Source: Promethearchaeia archaeon
GTDB taxonomy: Archaea > Asgardarchaeota > Lokiarchaeia > Sigyniarchaeales > SOKP01
Assembly (NCBI GenBank): GCA_029856125.1
Contig: JAHQWJ010000152.1
Coordinates: 1 to 64,000, forward strand
Reading direction: 5' to 3'
Length of the DNA: 64,000 bases
Each line of letters opens with the position of its first letter. The first letter of the stretch is position 1. The translations under genes were made by a program, and so were the position numbers. A model generated the notes under the pieces. That model was given only the letters and a program-made list of their open reading frames with translations, did not search any database and was not told the origin of the DNA. Below are positions 30,904-40,736 of this stretch, piece by piece.

Positions 30904-33126
30904 TTACAGGTCACCATTATTTTTTACATGTAGATAAATATTTTTTAGGATAAAATATAATTCTTCCGAAAGATCGATGGTTATAGCTTGGAGTTTGTTA
31001 TCTTCACCCCAATCCGTGAATTTTTGTTTAAGCAGCTTCTCTTCATTATCGAACTCTTGTTCAATATCTACGAAATCGAAAATGGAAACGATAAGTTGAT
31101 ACTTTTTGCTCAACAGTGCGTATTTTTTAAGAAGCGAGTCTCCGTCGAACTCTCGGGGGTTAATTACTTGGATCAATACTTTATCAAACAAGGTTAAATC
31201 GAGTATAGACTTTACGATTTCAAACGATATCCTATCCTTCTGAAACTTTTTTCGCAAACCAAATTTAACAGGAAACGACACATTGATTTTTATCTCTGGT
31301 TGAAGTTTTATTGGTTCTTGTTTAATTTGTCGGTCTTGAGAGAACGAACTCAAGCTCGATTGGATTTCTTTTTTATTAATTTTTTTGTTATGTCTGAGTA
31401 ATTGGTTTGATGGTCTCTTACTAATTTGGGGTACTGCTATAAAATTTTCAATATTATTATTTTGAAGTTCTTGAATTATGGGTGTCTCTGGAATTTGATG
31501 GTGGATATTTGAATAGGCGTTATTGAGTTGTTTTTCGCCTTTTAGGTTCACATTCATTTTCTTGAGCTTTGACAAGGCAATGTGCATGTATATTTCGTCG
31601 TGCGTGCCTTTACAATAAAGAATAATTACTTTACCTTCTCGATGACGAGCAGTCCTCCCTTTTCTCTGGATAAATCGTATTTCCGAAGCTACGACGTCGT
31701 AAAACACCACTAGATCGCACTCAGCGATGTCTAAACCTTCTTCTCCGACGTTAGTGCTGACCAATACATTGTACTGACCTTGCTTAAACTGCTCTAAAAT
31801 TTCTAACTGTTGTTTTTGCGATAAACCCCTATCATCTTGAGATTTTGTAGCTTGACCCACAAATCGAGATGGTTTAATCGCGCTATTTTCACTTGCCTTT
31901 AGTTTGTATACAATATTTTTAACCGAGTCACGCAACTTCACGAAAACCAACACGCGAGAGTTTGGATTGTTTTCAAATTCTTCAATCAACAAAGACTCGA
32001 GCGAGTAATATTTAGGATGGATGAGCTTTTTGGGAGAAAATTCTTCGTTCTTTTTCAGTTCAATAAATATCTGGGTAAGCCTGTGATCTCTCGCCAGAAT
32101 TTTTAAGGCCTTAGAGCTGTTTTTCTTGCGAGCCTTGGCTTTCATTTTGGTCAGGTAAATCAAAAGGACATCCAGCCCTTGTTGTTCAATTAATTCAAGC
32201 ATGTGAAATAAAATAAGCCCTTGGGCGTTTACGGAAAGAGCACTATAGGCTCCCGCTTTATCTCCGTCCCCATTGATTATTCTAGTTAGTTCTCCGTTTA
32301 GCTTTAATAAATCTTTTCGAATAATTTTAGTATGCAACTTATCTGACTTCGAACTTATGAAGTTGAGCTGGGAAAGATATTGTAAGCGCTCCTCCAAAAG
32401 GATTTGGACTGCATAGTAAGCGTCGGCCATGAGTTCTGTCAAATTAACGCCTATTTTGTAGACATCCATCGGTTTTAAGTAAGTTTTCACATCTATGTCC
32501 TTTCTGGTGCGAGTGTGGATGTTCTCTAACGGAACATGTAAATTTTCACAAAGAACTCTAATTTTTTCTTTAGAAGCCCCTGGACTAGCCGTCAAACCTA
32601 AAATTATGCCGTCCGGATTTTGTTCGACAAACTTATCTGCGATTAAGGTGTAAGCGTAATCGCCACTTGCGTGATGGGCTTCGTCAAATATTACTAGACA
32701 AGTCCGATCTAAAGAATATTTTAAGTTTACTAAGTCATTTCTTAAGGTTTGAGGCGTGTAAAATATTATTTGGTGGGTTTCGAATAGCTCCACTCTACTA
32801 TCTGCAGGAGTTTTTCCCGTCAACATAACGAACTCTTTTTCGGGAAGAGACATTAAATTTGCAAACGATTCGTAATGTTGGTTTATTAACGGTCTTGTTG
32901 GCGCCAACACGATAATTTTACTTTTCTCTGGGAATTTTTCTAAGGTGAGCGCTGCCACGAAGACGCCAATTATCGTTTTTCCCAGACCTGTAGGGAGGAC
33001 AACCAGCGAATTTTTAGAAGCACAGGCTCGAGCGATTTTTAATTGATATTCTCTTTTCTCGATTGATTTTTCTTTCAAGTAAACATTATTAATCATCGTC
33101 TTATCTTCTCTCTCGCTTTCGATCAC
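30904..33126 (-). CDS. Hef/FANCM-family DEAH helicase with degenerate C-terminal ERCC4-like domain
   Basis: LPTGLGKT, FDEAHHA, GLTASPG, RFVGQ, EEGLDI, QRKGRTAR. Confidence 0.9.
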   Translation of the reverse strand: MIESEREDKTMINNVYLKEKSIEKREYQLKIARACASKNSLVVLPTGLGKTIIGVFVAALTLEKFPEKSKIIVLAPTRPLINQHYESFANLMSLPEKEFVMLTGKTPADSRVELFETHQIIFYTPQTLRNDLVNLKYSLDRTCLVIFDEAHHASGDYAYTLIADKFVEQNPDGIILGLTASPGASKEKIRVLCENLHVPLENIHTRTRKDIDVKTYLKPMDVYKIGVNLTELMADAYYAVQILLEERLQYLSQLNFISSKSDKLHTKIIRKDLLKLNGELTRIINGDGDKAGAYSALSVNAQGLILFHMLELIEQQGLDVLLIYLTKMKAKARKKNSSKALKILARDHRLTQIFIELKKNEEFSPKKLIHPKYYSLESLLIEEFENNPNSRVLVFVKLRDSVKNIVYKLKASENSAIKPSRFVGQATKSQDDRGLSQKQQLEILEQFKQGQYNVLVSTNVGEEGLDIAECDLVVFYDVVASEIRFIQRKGRTARHREGKVIILYCKGTHDEIYMHIALSKLKKMNVNLKGEKQLNNAYSNIHHQIPETPIIQELQNNNIENFIAVPQISKRPSNQLLRHNKKINKKEIQSSLSSFSQDRQIKQEPIKLQPEIKINVSFPVKFGLRKKFQKDRISFEIVKSILDLTLFDKVLIQVINPREFDGDSLLKKYALLSKKYQLIVSIFDFVDIEQEFDNEEKLLKQKFTDWGEDNKLQAITIDLSEELYFILKNIYLHVKNNGDL

Positions 33127-33139
33127 ATCTCAGTCCCCT

Positions 33140-33715
33140 CTATACTATTTGGATGATAAAATCTTCAATCTGTAATTTAGAGATCGATTTTTTGCTTCGG
33201 TTATACGACTGAATGAGCCTACCCGCCTCAACTGCCAGTTTAGAAGGATATATCAACCCATTTCCTCTATGTTCGAAAAAATAGGGATGTGAACGGTTAA
33301 ACTGTTTTACTTTCTTAGAAAGTTCCGTCTTGTTTCTTATAATGTTGAAACCCTTCCCAATTTTTACATGTTGGAAATAATATATGATGTCGCTCAATAA
33401 GTTCACTTGGGTTTGGTTGATCTCTATTTCCTTTAAGTCGGACAAAAATTGACAAGTAACATCCGATTTTGGTTTTAGAATTAAATAACTTCTATCGCTT
33501 CTCCACTTCTTACACAAAATAAAGTCGCTAAATACTGAATTAAAAAGGTTCTGAAATCGAAACACGAGCTCTAATACCTCTTCTAAATCTCGTTCTGACA
33601 AGTTGAGATATTCAGCTAACTTATCGAGACTGAAGAGACTGTTTTTTCGCGTTTGGAACCTCTCTAACGCTGAAATGATTTGATGTAATTGCTTAAATTT
33701 AGCGCTTTGTGCCAT
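33140..33715 (-). CDS. winged-helix-like protein
   Basis: SLDKLAEYLNLSERDLEEVL HTH; first gene of the hef operon. Confidence 0.6.
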   Translation of the reverse strand: MAQSAKFKQLHQIISALERFQTRKNSLFSLDKLAEYLNLSERDLEEVLELVFRFQNLFNSVFSDFILCKKWRSDRSYLILKPKSDVTCQFLSDLKEIEINQTQVNLLSDIIYYFQHVKIGKGFNIIRNKTELSKKVKQFNRSHPYFFEHRGNGLIYPSKLAVEAGRLIQSYNRSKKSISKLQIEDFIIQIV

Positions 33716-33736
33716 TACAGCTTATATTAATCGTAG

Positions 33737-33752
33737 TAATAAAAAGGAAAAA
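33737..33752 (-). promoter_or_regulatory. T-rich-BRE TATA promoter
   Basis: Reverse complement TTTTTCCTTTTTATTA about 22 nt from ATG 33715. Confidence 0.55.
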
Positions 33753-33788
33753 TTTTATTGCAGTTTAAAAAATAAAAAAAATTATTTA

Positions 33789-36752
33789 CTATTTTGAGGG
33801 TTGCTTATTTTTGAGTTTTTTTGAGCGAATCGTTTTATAACTGCCAAGTAAAGGTATTGTAGCGGCTCCAACCATCCCGATCGCTAAGGGAATGGTTATG
33901 ACAGCGTCTCCCTCGAATAGCTTGTTAAGATCGTCCTCAGGATCAGGATCGGGATCAGGATCTGGATCAGGGTTGGTGTTGGGATCCTCGTAGTCAAATG
34001 CAGCGTTGCAGATTAATTGAGGAACGGAGAGATAAGGATCGTTAAGATAAAATTCAAACGAATAGTTTCCGAAATAGATTGGCGAATAATCGAAAGTAAA
34101 TGTTGAGCTTTCTAAGTTGTGAGAAGTTATCAAGTCTATAACATCCACTTGATCACCGTCTCGATACACATTGGCATACATCGAGCCACCGAAGATCGGT
34201 TCGTCTCCAGAAATAAACACATGGTATCCATAGATTTTAACTTCAATCCGAGATTCAGTTTTTACTATTGAATATGAAAACTGAGAATCAAATTCGGTAG
34301 TAAAAGAGAAAGGAATGCTTCCTTTTTTTATAGCGCCGTCATATACGCATAACTCTCCTTCCACAATCGGATAATTGATTGTATCAATTGGAACATATAC
34401 TTCCTTTTGATACGTATAGTTCCCCAATTGATCCAGTACGATATTTCCTAATTGTGCTGACTCGATCTTAACCGTGGTATATTGTCCAAAATCCGAAAGG
34501 ATGAGGTTTACCAGATCAACAGTGAACAAGTTGTTACTTCCTAATCCGACAGTATCGGAGTAAGAAGAACTCAATCTTACATCGTCAGTTTTTGCAATTT
34601 CGCACAACCATAAGAACACATCGTGATCCAGTTCTTTTCTCTCAACGGTCATGTAAAATTCATTGTATATGTCAGAGTATATATTTTGAACGAGTAAATG
34701 GGTTTGCTCGACATCGAAATTAACGTTCAAATCCAAATATTCCGAAATTTTGTAGGAATAATATAAATTTTCTACGTTCGAATAGTTAAGGTGGTTTACT
34801 ACGAAATTATTAATTTTATTTATGTCCAAGCTGAATTGATCAATAGCGTTTAAAATGTAGATCGTGTAATACAAATTCTCTAAGGTTAACTCTACGCTAT
34901 CTGAGTATTTAGCATCAAAGTATACCTCGATTGGAGTTTCTACCGTGTTTCTCGTAATGTATGTTCCAAGCGCGGATTTGTCGAATCCCAAATCAGCGAA
35001 ATACTGACCCGTGATGTCCCCTAATCCTAAATATTGGCTAATAGTTTCCATAGTCTGTATAGCGTAGTAAGAATACTTCAAGTAGACCAGATCGTTTTTC
35101 CACTCGGAAGATGACAATATATTTTGGACCAAAAAAGCACCAAAATTATCGGTGTAGGATGGATCAAGGAATTGAGAATTAATTACTTCCTGCAATACCC
35201 GATTTAGATCAATAATCGAGGTAAAGTCGTTTAATTTAAAGATCTTATCTAAAGTATCGAGTATTTTAAATGTTGCTTCGTGGGAGACGAGGGAGTTCAT
35301 ATCTTCAACATAATCGTGGTATCCCGTAGTAAAATAATCGAAAGGCTTGGAACGGAACTTTACCAGAGCTAAATCTAAACCGGTGCAAGAAAAGATATTG
35401 TACTTCGTACCGTAATCTACAACAGTTCCGCATAAAAGATCATATACCTCTTGAATGTCAAGTTCGCCGATTTTATCAAAATAATCGAACGACGAAACAG
35501 TAGTATATATTAAGTCTACAGAAGCGTAATCCTCTGAAAGTAATGAATATCCACGTTCTTGAGCAAACAGAGCTATAAACGAAAATATTTCGTCTCTATC
35601 GCTTAAAGTTAAAACTGCAATATCTCCCGTGTTCGAAAGCGACCTTAATATTTGGAATGTGTCAATTAATTCCTGAAAGGCGATTGAACTGGAACCTAAC
35701 CACCCTCCACGATGGTTTCGATTAGTAAAAATAAAGGACAAGACATCCTCCTTCTCAAAATTAACAAATTCGGTTATATCCGCCAATTCTAAACTCATAG
35801 CTGTTGCTACCACGTTAGAATAGTTGACCATAGCGCTATCTGAAAGGTCAAAATATCCTTCCTGAGGATGATAAAGCGCAGTTAGGTGTTGGTAGAATTT
35901 TGTTTTATCTATTACATCTATGTAACTACTTCCGAAGGTCTCTAACGTTTTCACGCAATAATAAGAAGCAAATTGATTGGGTTCTGGCTCCTTTAAGGAA
36001 TCGAACATGCCCTCGTTATCGTTATAAAAGCCAGTAGATGAACTCAAAGATTGCAGACTGTCAATGTAGGATACAATATCGTCTCGTTCCTGCGAATGCA
36101 AATTCCAGTCTACACCTAATATATCTAAAGTAATAACACCGTAATAGGTATTATCTGCTGTAGGGATTTTAAATCCTTCTTCTAAAGAGTTATCGTAAGG
36201 TTGACCAATAAATCCGTGAAGGATAGGGTGATAGCAGTCCCAAATAAAAGTTAGCATTTCAGCAATGTTTATTGAATTGACACTATTCAAGATTTCCAGT
36301 GAAAGCACCGCATAACAATTGACTTGTAAAAGCGTTGAAAGAGGATAATATCTCCCCGGGATTTTTGAAGCGAAATATCTCTGAGCATTCTCGTCCGAGA
36401 AAATGTGAGAACTGGAGTTGTAAAACGACATAATATAGTCGATTATCGCTTGTTGATCAATATCTCCCAATTCCCCTATAGCATCTAAGACATATAGAGC
36501 GTAATAAGTCGCTTGAAGAGAGTCAGAGTAAATCTGAGGGTAATAGCCGTAAGTAGCGTAATCAGCGTTTTTTGCGTCAAAAACGGATTGCAAAATCTCT
36601 AGGTTCGAGGCATCAGATAAAGCCAGCAGGTTGAAATTCTCGTTTTGCCTTTCGTTAGGAATCGCAACAGATTTTATACCTATTGTTGATAAATAAGCTA
36701 AAACTACTATTAAAACAAGACTAACTAAAACTCGGGGGTTTTTCCATTTCAT
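33789..36752 (-). CDS. large surface protein: prenyltransferase-like alpha/alpha-toroid repeats, beta domain, Pro-Asp linker, C-terminal TM
   Basis: Signal peptide; about 10 repeats like ATYYAL.VL..IG; (PD)n; TM plus basic tail. Confidence 0.75.
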   Translation of the reverse strand: MKWKNPRVLVSLVLIVVLAYLSTIGIKSVAIPNERQNENFNLLALSDASNLEILQSVFDAKNADYATYGYYPQIYSDSLQATYYALYVLDAIGELGDIDQQAIIDYIMSFYNSSSHIFSDENAQRYFASKIPGRYYPLSTLLQVNCYAVLSLEILNSVNSINIAEMLTFIWDCYHPILHGFIGQPYDNSLEEGFKIPTADNTYYGVITLDILGVDWNLHSQERDDIVSYIDSLQSLSSSTGFYNDNEGMFDSLKEPEPNQFASYYCVKTLETFGSSYIDVIDKTKFYQHLTALYHPQEGYFDLSDSAMVNYSNVVATAMSLELADITEFVNFEKEDVLSFIFTNRNHRGGWLGSSSIAFQELIDTFQILRSLSNTGDIAVLTLSDRDEIFSFIALFAQERGYSLLSEDYASVDLIYTTVSSFDYFDKIGELDIQEVYDLLCGTVVDYGTKYNIFSCTGLDLALVKFRSKPFDYFTTGYHDYVEDMNSLVSHEATFKILDTLDKIFKLNDFTSIIDLNRVLQEVINSQFLDPSYTDNFGAFLVQNILSSSEWKNDLVYLKYSYYAIQTMETISQYLGLGDITGQYFADLGFDKSALGTYITRNTVETPIEVYFDAKYSDSVELTLENLYYTIYILNAIDQFSLDINKINNFVVNHLNYSNVENLYYSYKISEYLDLNVNFDVEQTHLLVQNIYSDIYNEFYMTVERKELDHDVFLWLCEIAKTDDVRLSSSYSDTVGLGSNNLFTVDLVNLILSDFGQYTTVKIESAQLGNIVLDQLGNYTYQKEVYVPIDTINYPIVEGELCVYDGAIKKGSIPFSFTTEFDSQFSYSIVKTESRIEVKIYGYHVFISGDEPIFGGSMYANVYRDGDQVDVIDLITSHNLESSTFTFDYSPIYFGNYSFEFYLNDPYLSVPQLICNAAFDYEDPNTNPDPDPDPDPDPEDDLNKLFEGDAVITIPLAIGMVGAATIPLLGSYKTIRSKKLKNKQPSK
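33933..33971 (-). repeat. 6-bp tandem repeat encoding the PDPDPDPDPE linker
   Basis: Imperfect (GGATCA/G/T)n on the + strand. Confidence 0.8.
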
Positions 36753-36805
36753 TATACTTCACTTAAAGTGTGTTACAGAAGCTTTGAACTACCCACAAGC
36801 CGTAT

Positions 36806-36821
36806 GTATATAAAGAAAAAA
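36806..36821 (-). promoter_or_regulatory. T-rich-BRE TATA promoter
   Basis: Reverse complement TTTTTTCTTTATATAC. Confidence 0.6.
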
Positions 36822-36935
36822 TACGATTATTACGATTGTAAACCATAAGGATAATGGGCTATCGTCGTAAATCATAAAAAAAGGGAAAAAAAAAATAAAA
36901 AGTAAGAAAATAGAAATTCAGCCCAGAGTTCATCG

Positions 36936-38213
36936 TCAACAAAGCACGGGTGGCCCTTTCGGATTATAAAATTTCCATAGTTCTACTTTTACCGGCTCCT
37001 GATCTTCATATATCTCGTTTTTGTCTGAATCATAAAATTCATCAAAGTTGAGTTTGTGATTAGTGTTAAGATTATGCTGTTTATCATTAATAGATGCAAT
37101 CAAATACCCGCTGGCTTCTTTTACAAAAAGAAAATGCTCTTCACTCCCATTTAGGGAGTTAAATACTTTACTCGCGTTTCCCAATACTACTTGAACTATA
37201 TCGTCATTTTCAAGCGAATTTTTCGAACCTTCAATTGGATCGACAAAACCCTGATCGAGCACACCTAATTTTTGCATAACTTTTTTTAACAATTCCGCCG
37301 ATTTTACAAGGGTTTTGAATCCAGGAACGTTAAACCTTTGAATAACTCTTCTCTCTACTTGCCGGTGAATCGTTGACATTTTAATCCCTAATCGGTCACA
37401 AATTGCACATACGCTCACTTCTTTTGTTTGAGAGCAGAGGAGTGTAATAGAAGTCACTAAACCAACGATTACATCGTCTTTTGTGTTTTTGATTGAATCA
37501 TAAAACCTGTTTAGTATACGTCGTGATTGGTAGTAAAATGGCATGCCTAATTTAAAGTGCTCGCTCACTTCTAAAATTCGCTCGATTATGTATTGCTTGC
37601 GATTCCGCTCTTGGTAATCTGGCCAGATGCGAATAATCGAAAATTTAAAAGCGTTAAAGTCTTTCTTTGAAATTTTTGAGACCTCTAAAAGGTCTTTTTC
37701 GCTAATTGGCTTGTTATTTTCTTTGTAAAAGGCGTAGATCACACAAGGTACCAACATTTCAGCACTCCTGTATTTAGTGCCCTTCCCTAAATTAGCGCGA
37801 TTCTCTTTAAATTTACTTAGAATTACATCAAGATCTTTTAATGAGAAACCCAAAACGGTTAATATCCTTTTAATCTCTACTTTGGCTGCGATTAGAACAT
37901 TTTCTTCAGTTGAACGAGATGCGTCAATCCGACTAAGCCCTTCTAACTTTGCAGAATGTTGTAATTTACTCCTTTCGGACTTGAAACCAATCTGAGTTTT
38001 ACTTAATACCGCATGTTGAACGACATCAGCATCGTAAGGCCTATGATATTCTAATTTTTGCACCTCTAACACGATTCCGCAGGCTCTACAAGTAAAACCT
38101 TCTCGTGTCTCTACAAGGTCGTTAGATTTACAAATGTCGCACTGGGAGGTAGGATCAACTAAGGGATTCATCTTTAACGATTTTGATTTATCCATATTTT
38201 TGGTTGTTGCCAT
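36936..38213 (-). CDS. tfb: divergent transcription initiation factor IIB (TFB) paralogue
   Basis: CDIC-x15-CRACG zinc ribbon, two cyclin repeats (RSAEMLVPCVIY...PISEKDLLEVS; SVCAICDRLGIKMSTI), about 110-aa C-terminal extension. Confidence 0.82.
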   Translation of the reverse strand: MATTKNMDKSKSLKMNPLVDPTSQCDICKSNDLVETREGFTCRACGIVLEVQKLEYHRPYDADVVQHAVLSKTQIGFKSERSKLQHSAKLEGLSRIDASRSTEENVLIAAKVEIKRILTVLGFSLKDLDVILSKFKENRANLGKGTKYRSAEMLVPCVIYAFYKENNKPISEKDLLEVSKISKKDFNAFKFSIIRIWPDYQERNRKQYIIERILEVSEHFKLGMPFYYQSRRILNRFYDSIKNTKDDVIVGLVTSITLLCSQTKEVSVCAICDRLGIKMSTIHRQVERRVIQRFNVPGFKTLVKSAELLKKVMQKLGVLDQGFVDPIEGSKNSLENDDIVQVVLGNASKVFNSLNGSEEHFLFVKEASGYLIASINDKQHNLNTNHKLNFDEFYDSDKNEIYEDQEPVKVELWKFYNPKGPPVLC

Positions 38214-38843
38214 TTTTCTCCAACTTTTTTATAATTTTTTTGAAAAATATCGATTACATTTTAATTACAAAGAATTAAGATCACCAGTTTGCTATTTGAA
38301 GATTTGGAATTATGAAAAATCTCTAAAAATGTGGGAGATAATCAAATGATTAGTGAAAAATGAAGCGGAATGGTTGAGTAAACTTTAAAGTTTTTATGGA
38401 TTAATAAGAAATCATTCAATAGAAAGAAGATTAATACGGCATTTTTTCATCAAAATCACAATTTTGCAATTTTATTCCAAACAAGGAGAATTTTTGAATC
38501 GCAGTTGCGGAGGTTACAGCTTAAATTGGGAATATAAAAAGATGTGTAATGGAAATTTTGATTATATATTGCCCTTCATAATTCTTTTAATGTAAATATA
38601 TTAATAACAATAATAGAATTATAACCCAATTGAAATAAGTATAATATTCATAGAAAATTAAAATTGAATTAATTTCCTTCGACTTTTCTTAAGTCTCCCG
38701 TTGAAAGTTCTTTTATGAAACTCACTTTTATTCTTACATTTATCTTATCCATAAATTTCTTTATAAACACCTCTTAAAAATAATGATTAGTTTAAAGGGG
38801 AGATCAAAGAAAGAATAAAATAAACAATTTTTTCGATACTAAA

Positions 38844-38858
38844 TTTTTCTTTTAAATA
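38844..38858 (+). promoter_or_regulatory. T-rich-BRE TATA promoter
   Basis: TTTTTCTTTTAAATA 27 nt before ATG 38886, divergent intergenic region. Confidence 0.65.
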
Positions 38859-38885
38859 TGTTCCTATAATAGTAAAGATATAATC

Positions 38886-39653
38886 ATGATTGAATTATAT
38901 TTCTGGCTTCTTGTTATGCTAGGATGTTCGATGTTAGTTCAGGGTTTTTACCGTTATGCCCGAACCCCGGGATACAAAGCGTTGTTTAACATATTAACCT
39001 TTATCGGAGTGTTTGTTCACGAGGTGGCACACTATACGCTGGCAACCTTGTTCGGAGTGAAAACCGGTAAAATGCGAGTAAAATACCGAGATGAGGATAC
39101 ATCGAGGGTAGCCATTCACGGTTCAGTCCGTATTCCTGAGTCCGAAAGAAATTCGCTCTTACAAACCTTTGCGATAAGTTTTGCTCCTATACTGGTGTCT
39201 ACTTTTTTATTTATGTTTTGTTTGGATGTGATCTTTCACATACAAACCGAATTATGGATAAAGGTGGTGGCAATAGCTTTCGGCGTGTCGCTACTTATAG
39301 GATTAGAACCTTCAGGACAAGATATTAAGATGATTGGTTGGTCCTTTCAAAACGACCCCCGCTATTCACTCTATCAAATATTTCTGCTGGTGCTCTCCAG
39401 CGTGTTAGTGTGGTTATTTGTAGACGTGTATTACTTTGTGCTTCCTTTTGAAGTGCTGTATTATGTAGAATATTTTATAGTTCTTACTGCATTCTATTTT
39501 GGTTTAAAAGGTGTGTTTTGGATAGCCAGTAAGATCGCTCAAGGGATAATCAAGAAAATGGGAAAGACGCAGGTATCGAGTCCGAAATTTCTCACTCGAA
39601 GGAGAAGGTTTAAACACATAGAGGACCCTAACGAAAGGGAGGTACAGTGGTAA
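38886..39653 (+). CDS. membrane zinc metalloprotease (M50/DUF3267-like)
   Basis: GVFVHEVAH, HGSV, ISFAP, PSGQD, multiple TM. Confidence 0.78.
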   Translation: MIELYFWLLVMLGCSMLVQGFYRYARTPGYKALFNILTFIGVFVHEVAHYTLATLFGVKTGKMRVKYRDEDTSRVAIHGSVRIPESERNSLLQTFAISFAPILVSTFLFMFCLDVIFHIQTELWIKVVAIAFGVSLLIGLEPSGQDIKMIGWSFQNDPRYSLYQIFLLVLSSVLVWLFVDVYYFVLPFEVLYYVEYFIVLTAFYFGLKGVFWIASKIAQGIIKKMGKTQVSSPKFLTRRRRFKHIEDPNEREVQW

Positions 39654-39997
39654 TGAAAGGTTTTTGTTTAATTGCGATAATAGTAGCTATGCTAATGTTT
39701 TACCAGAAAGAGCCGTTCTACACTGTAGTCATAATTGGAATTGGTGTGGTAATATACTTTGTTTACAAAGCAAAAAAAAGCGGGAATGGACTGCTCGGAG
39801 CTTTTTTCAGTGGAAGTCAATCACAACAAGACAACCGATTAGACGATTTAATTGCTCTGATGATGCTTCAACAGCTCACATCGACCAACTCCCAGAATAA
39901 CAGTGCTTCTCAGGTGATATCCGAAAAAGCTCGTAAACGATATGAAGCAATTGATAAAACTCAAAAAGAAGTGTTAGACTTATTGAGTAGTGATTAA
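39647..39997 (+). CDS. small membrane protein with Q/S-rich tail
   Basis: Overlaps the protease stop; 2 N-terminal TM. Confidence 0.7.
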   Translation: MVMKGFCLIAIIVAMLMFYQKEPFYTVVIIGIGVVIYFVYKAKKSGNGLLGAFFSGSQSQQDNRLDDLIALMMLQQLTSTNSQNNSASQVISEKARKRYEAIDKTQKEVLDLLSSD

Positions 39998-40003
39998 AAC
40001 ACA

Positions 40004-40717
40004 ATGAAGCCAAACGATCCTTCCAATATTACATCTTTGTTCAGTCTGTTAAGGGAACGAAGAATAATCTCTGTTTCGGGAGAGTCGAGCACCGGCAAAA
40101 CAACTTTAGCGCTCCAATTGATTGCGTCTGCATTAAGTTGTGAGGATGATACTGACGAGCATTGCGTCTGGATTCAAGCTAGTGAACAATTCCCTAAAAA
40201 ACGACTGCACACTTTTTTTAAAAGTTCTCCTGGTAAGTTCAATGTCCTCTTAAAAAAAATCTTTTTATATCCAGTGACCTCTCCTTTTTTGAGTTACGAA
40301 GATCAATCAGCCTTTTTAACAACCTTAAGAAGCGCAATATTACCCTTTAACACCAAATTTTTAGTAATCGACAACATTTCTCATCACTTACGGCTTGCTG
40401 CTTCTTGTTGCTCAAATTTCAAGCAAAAAACGGCGCTTTTAGATGAATTTTTTAGCTCGCAACTGTTTCCCCTCATTATGCGTTGTCTAAGGGAAGAGAT
40501 CGTTTTAATTCTAATACACGAGGTCTCTTTCTCTCCTGCATTAGGAAAGAATCAACCGTTTTTTAACAAGTTGTACTCGAGGATCAACAGCGTAAATGTT
40601 TGCTTATCGAAACCATTTAACTCTAAGACTAAACGGATGGAACTCCTGTCGAGAAACAAACAGATCACAAGCGAGCTGAAATACAAAATCCTAGATAGAG
40701 GAATTTCTTTAGTTTAG
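40004..40717 (+). CDS. RadB-like / Rad51-paralogue RecA-fold ATPase
   Basis: GESSTGKT, F...RL, LVIDNIS; no N-terminal HhH domain. Confidence 0.75.
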   Translation: MKPNDPSNITSLFSLLRERRIISVSGESSTGKTTLALQLIASALSCEDDTDEHCVWIQASEQFPKKRLHTFFKSSPGKFNVLLKKIFLYPVTSPFLSYEDQSAFLTTLRSAILPFNTKFLVIDNISHHLRLAASCCSNFKQKTALLDEFFSSQLFPLIMRCLREEIVLILIHEVSFSPALGKNQPFFNKLYSRINSVNVCLSKPFNSKTKRMELLSRNKQITSELKYKILDRGISLV

Positions 40718-40736
40718 TATTAGATCGTGAAAAGCT

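Noticed and set aside
36936-36965. C-terminal KGPP of TFB as a RAPP/RGPP-like ribosome arrest motif
   Set aside because: It lacks the essential Arg and is a single short match; such stalling is characterised only in bacteria
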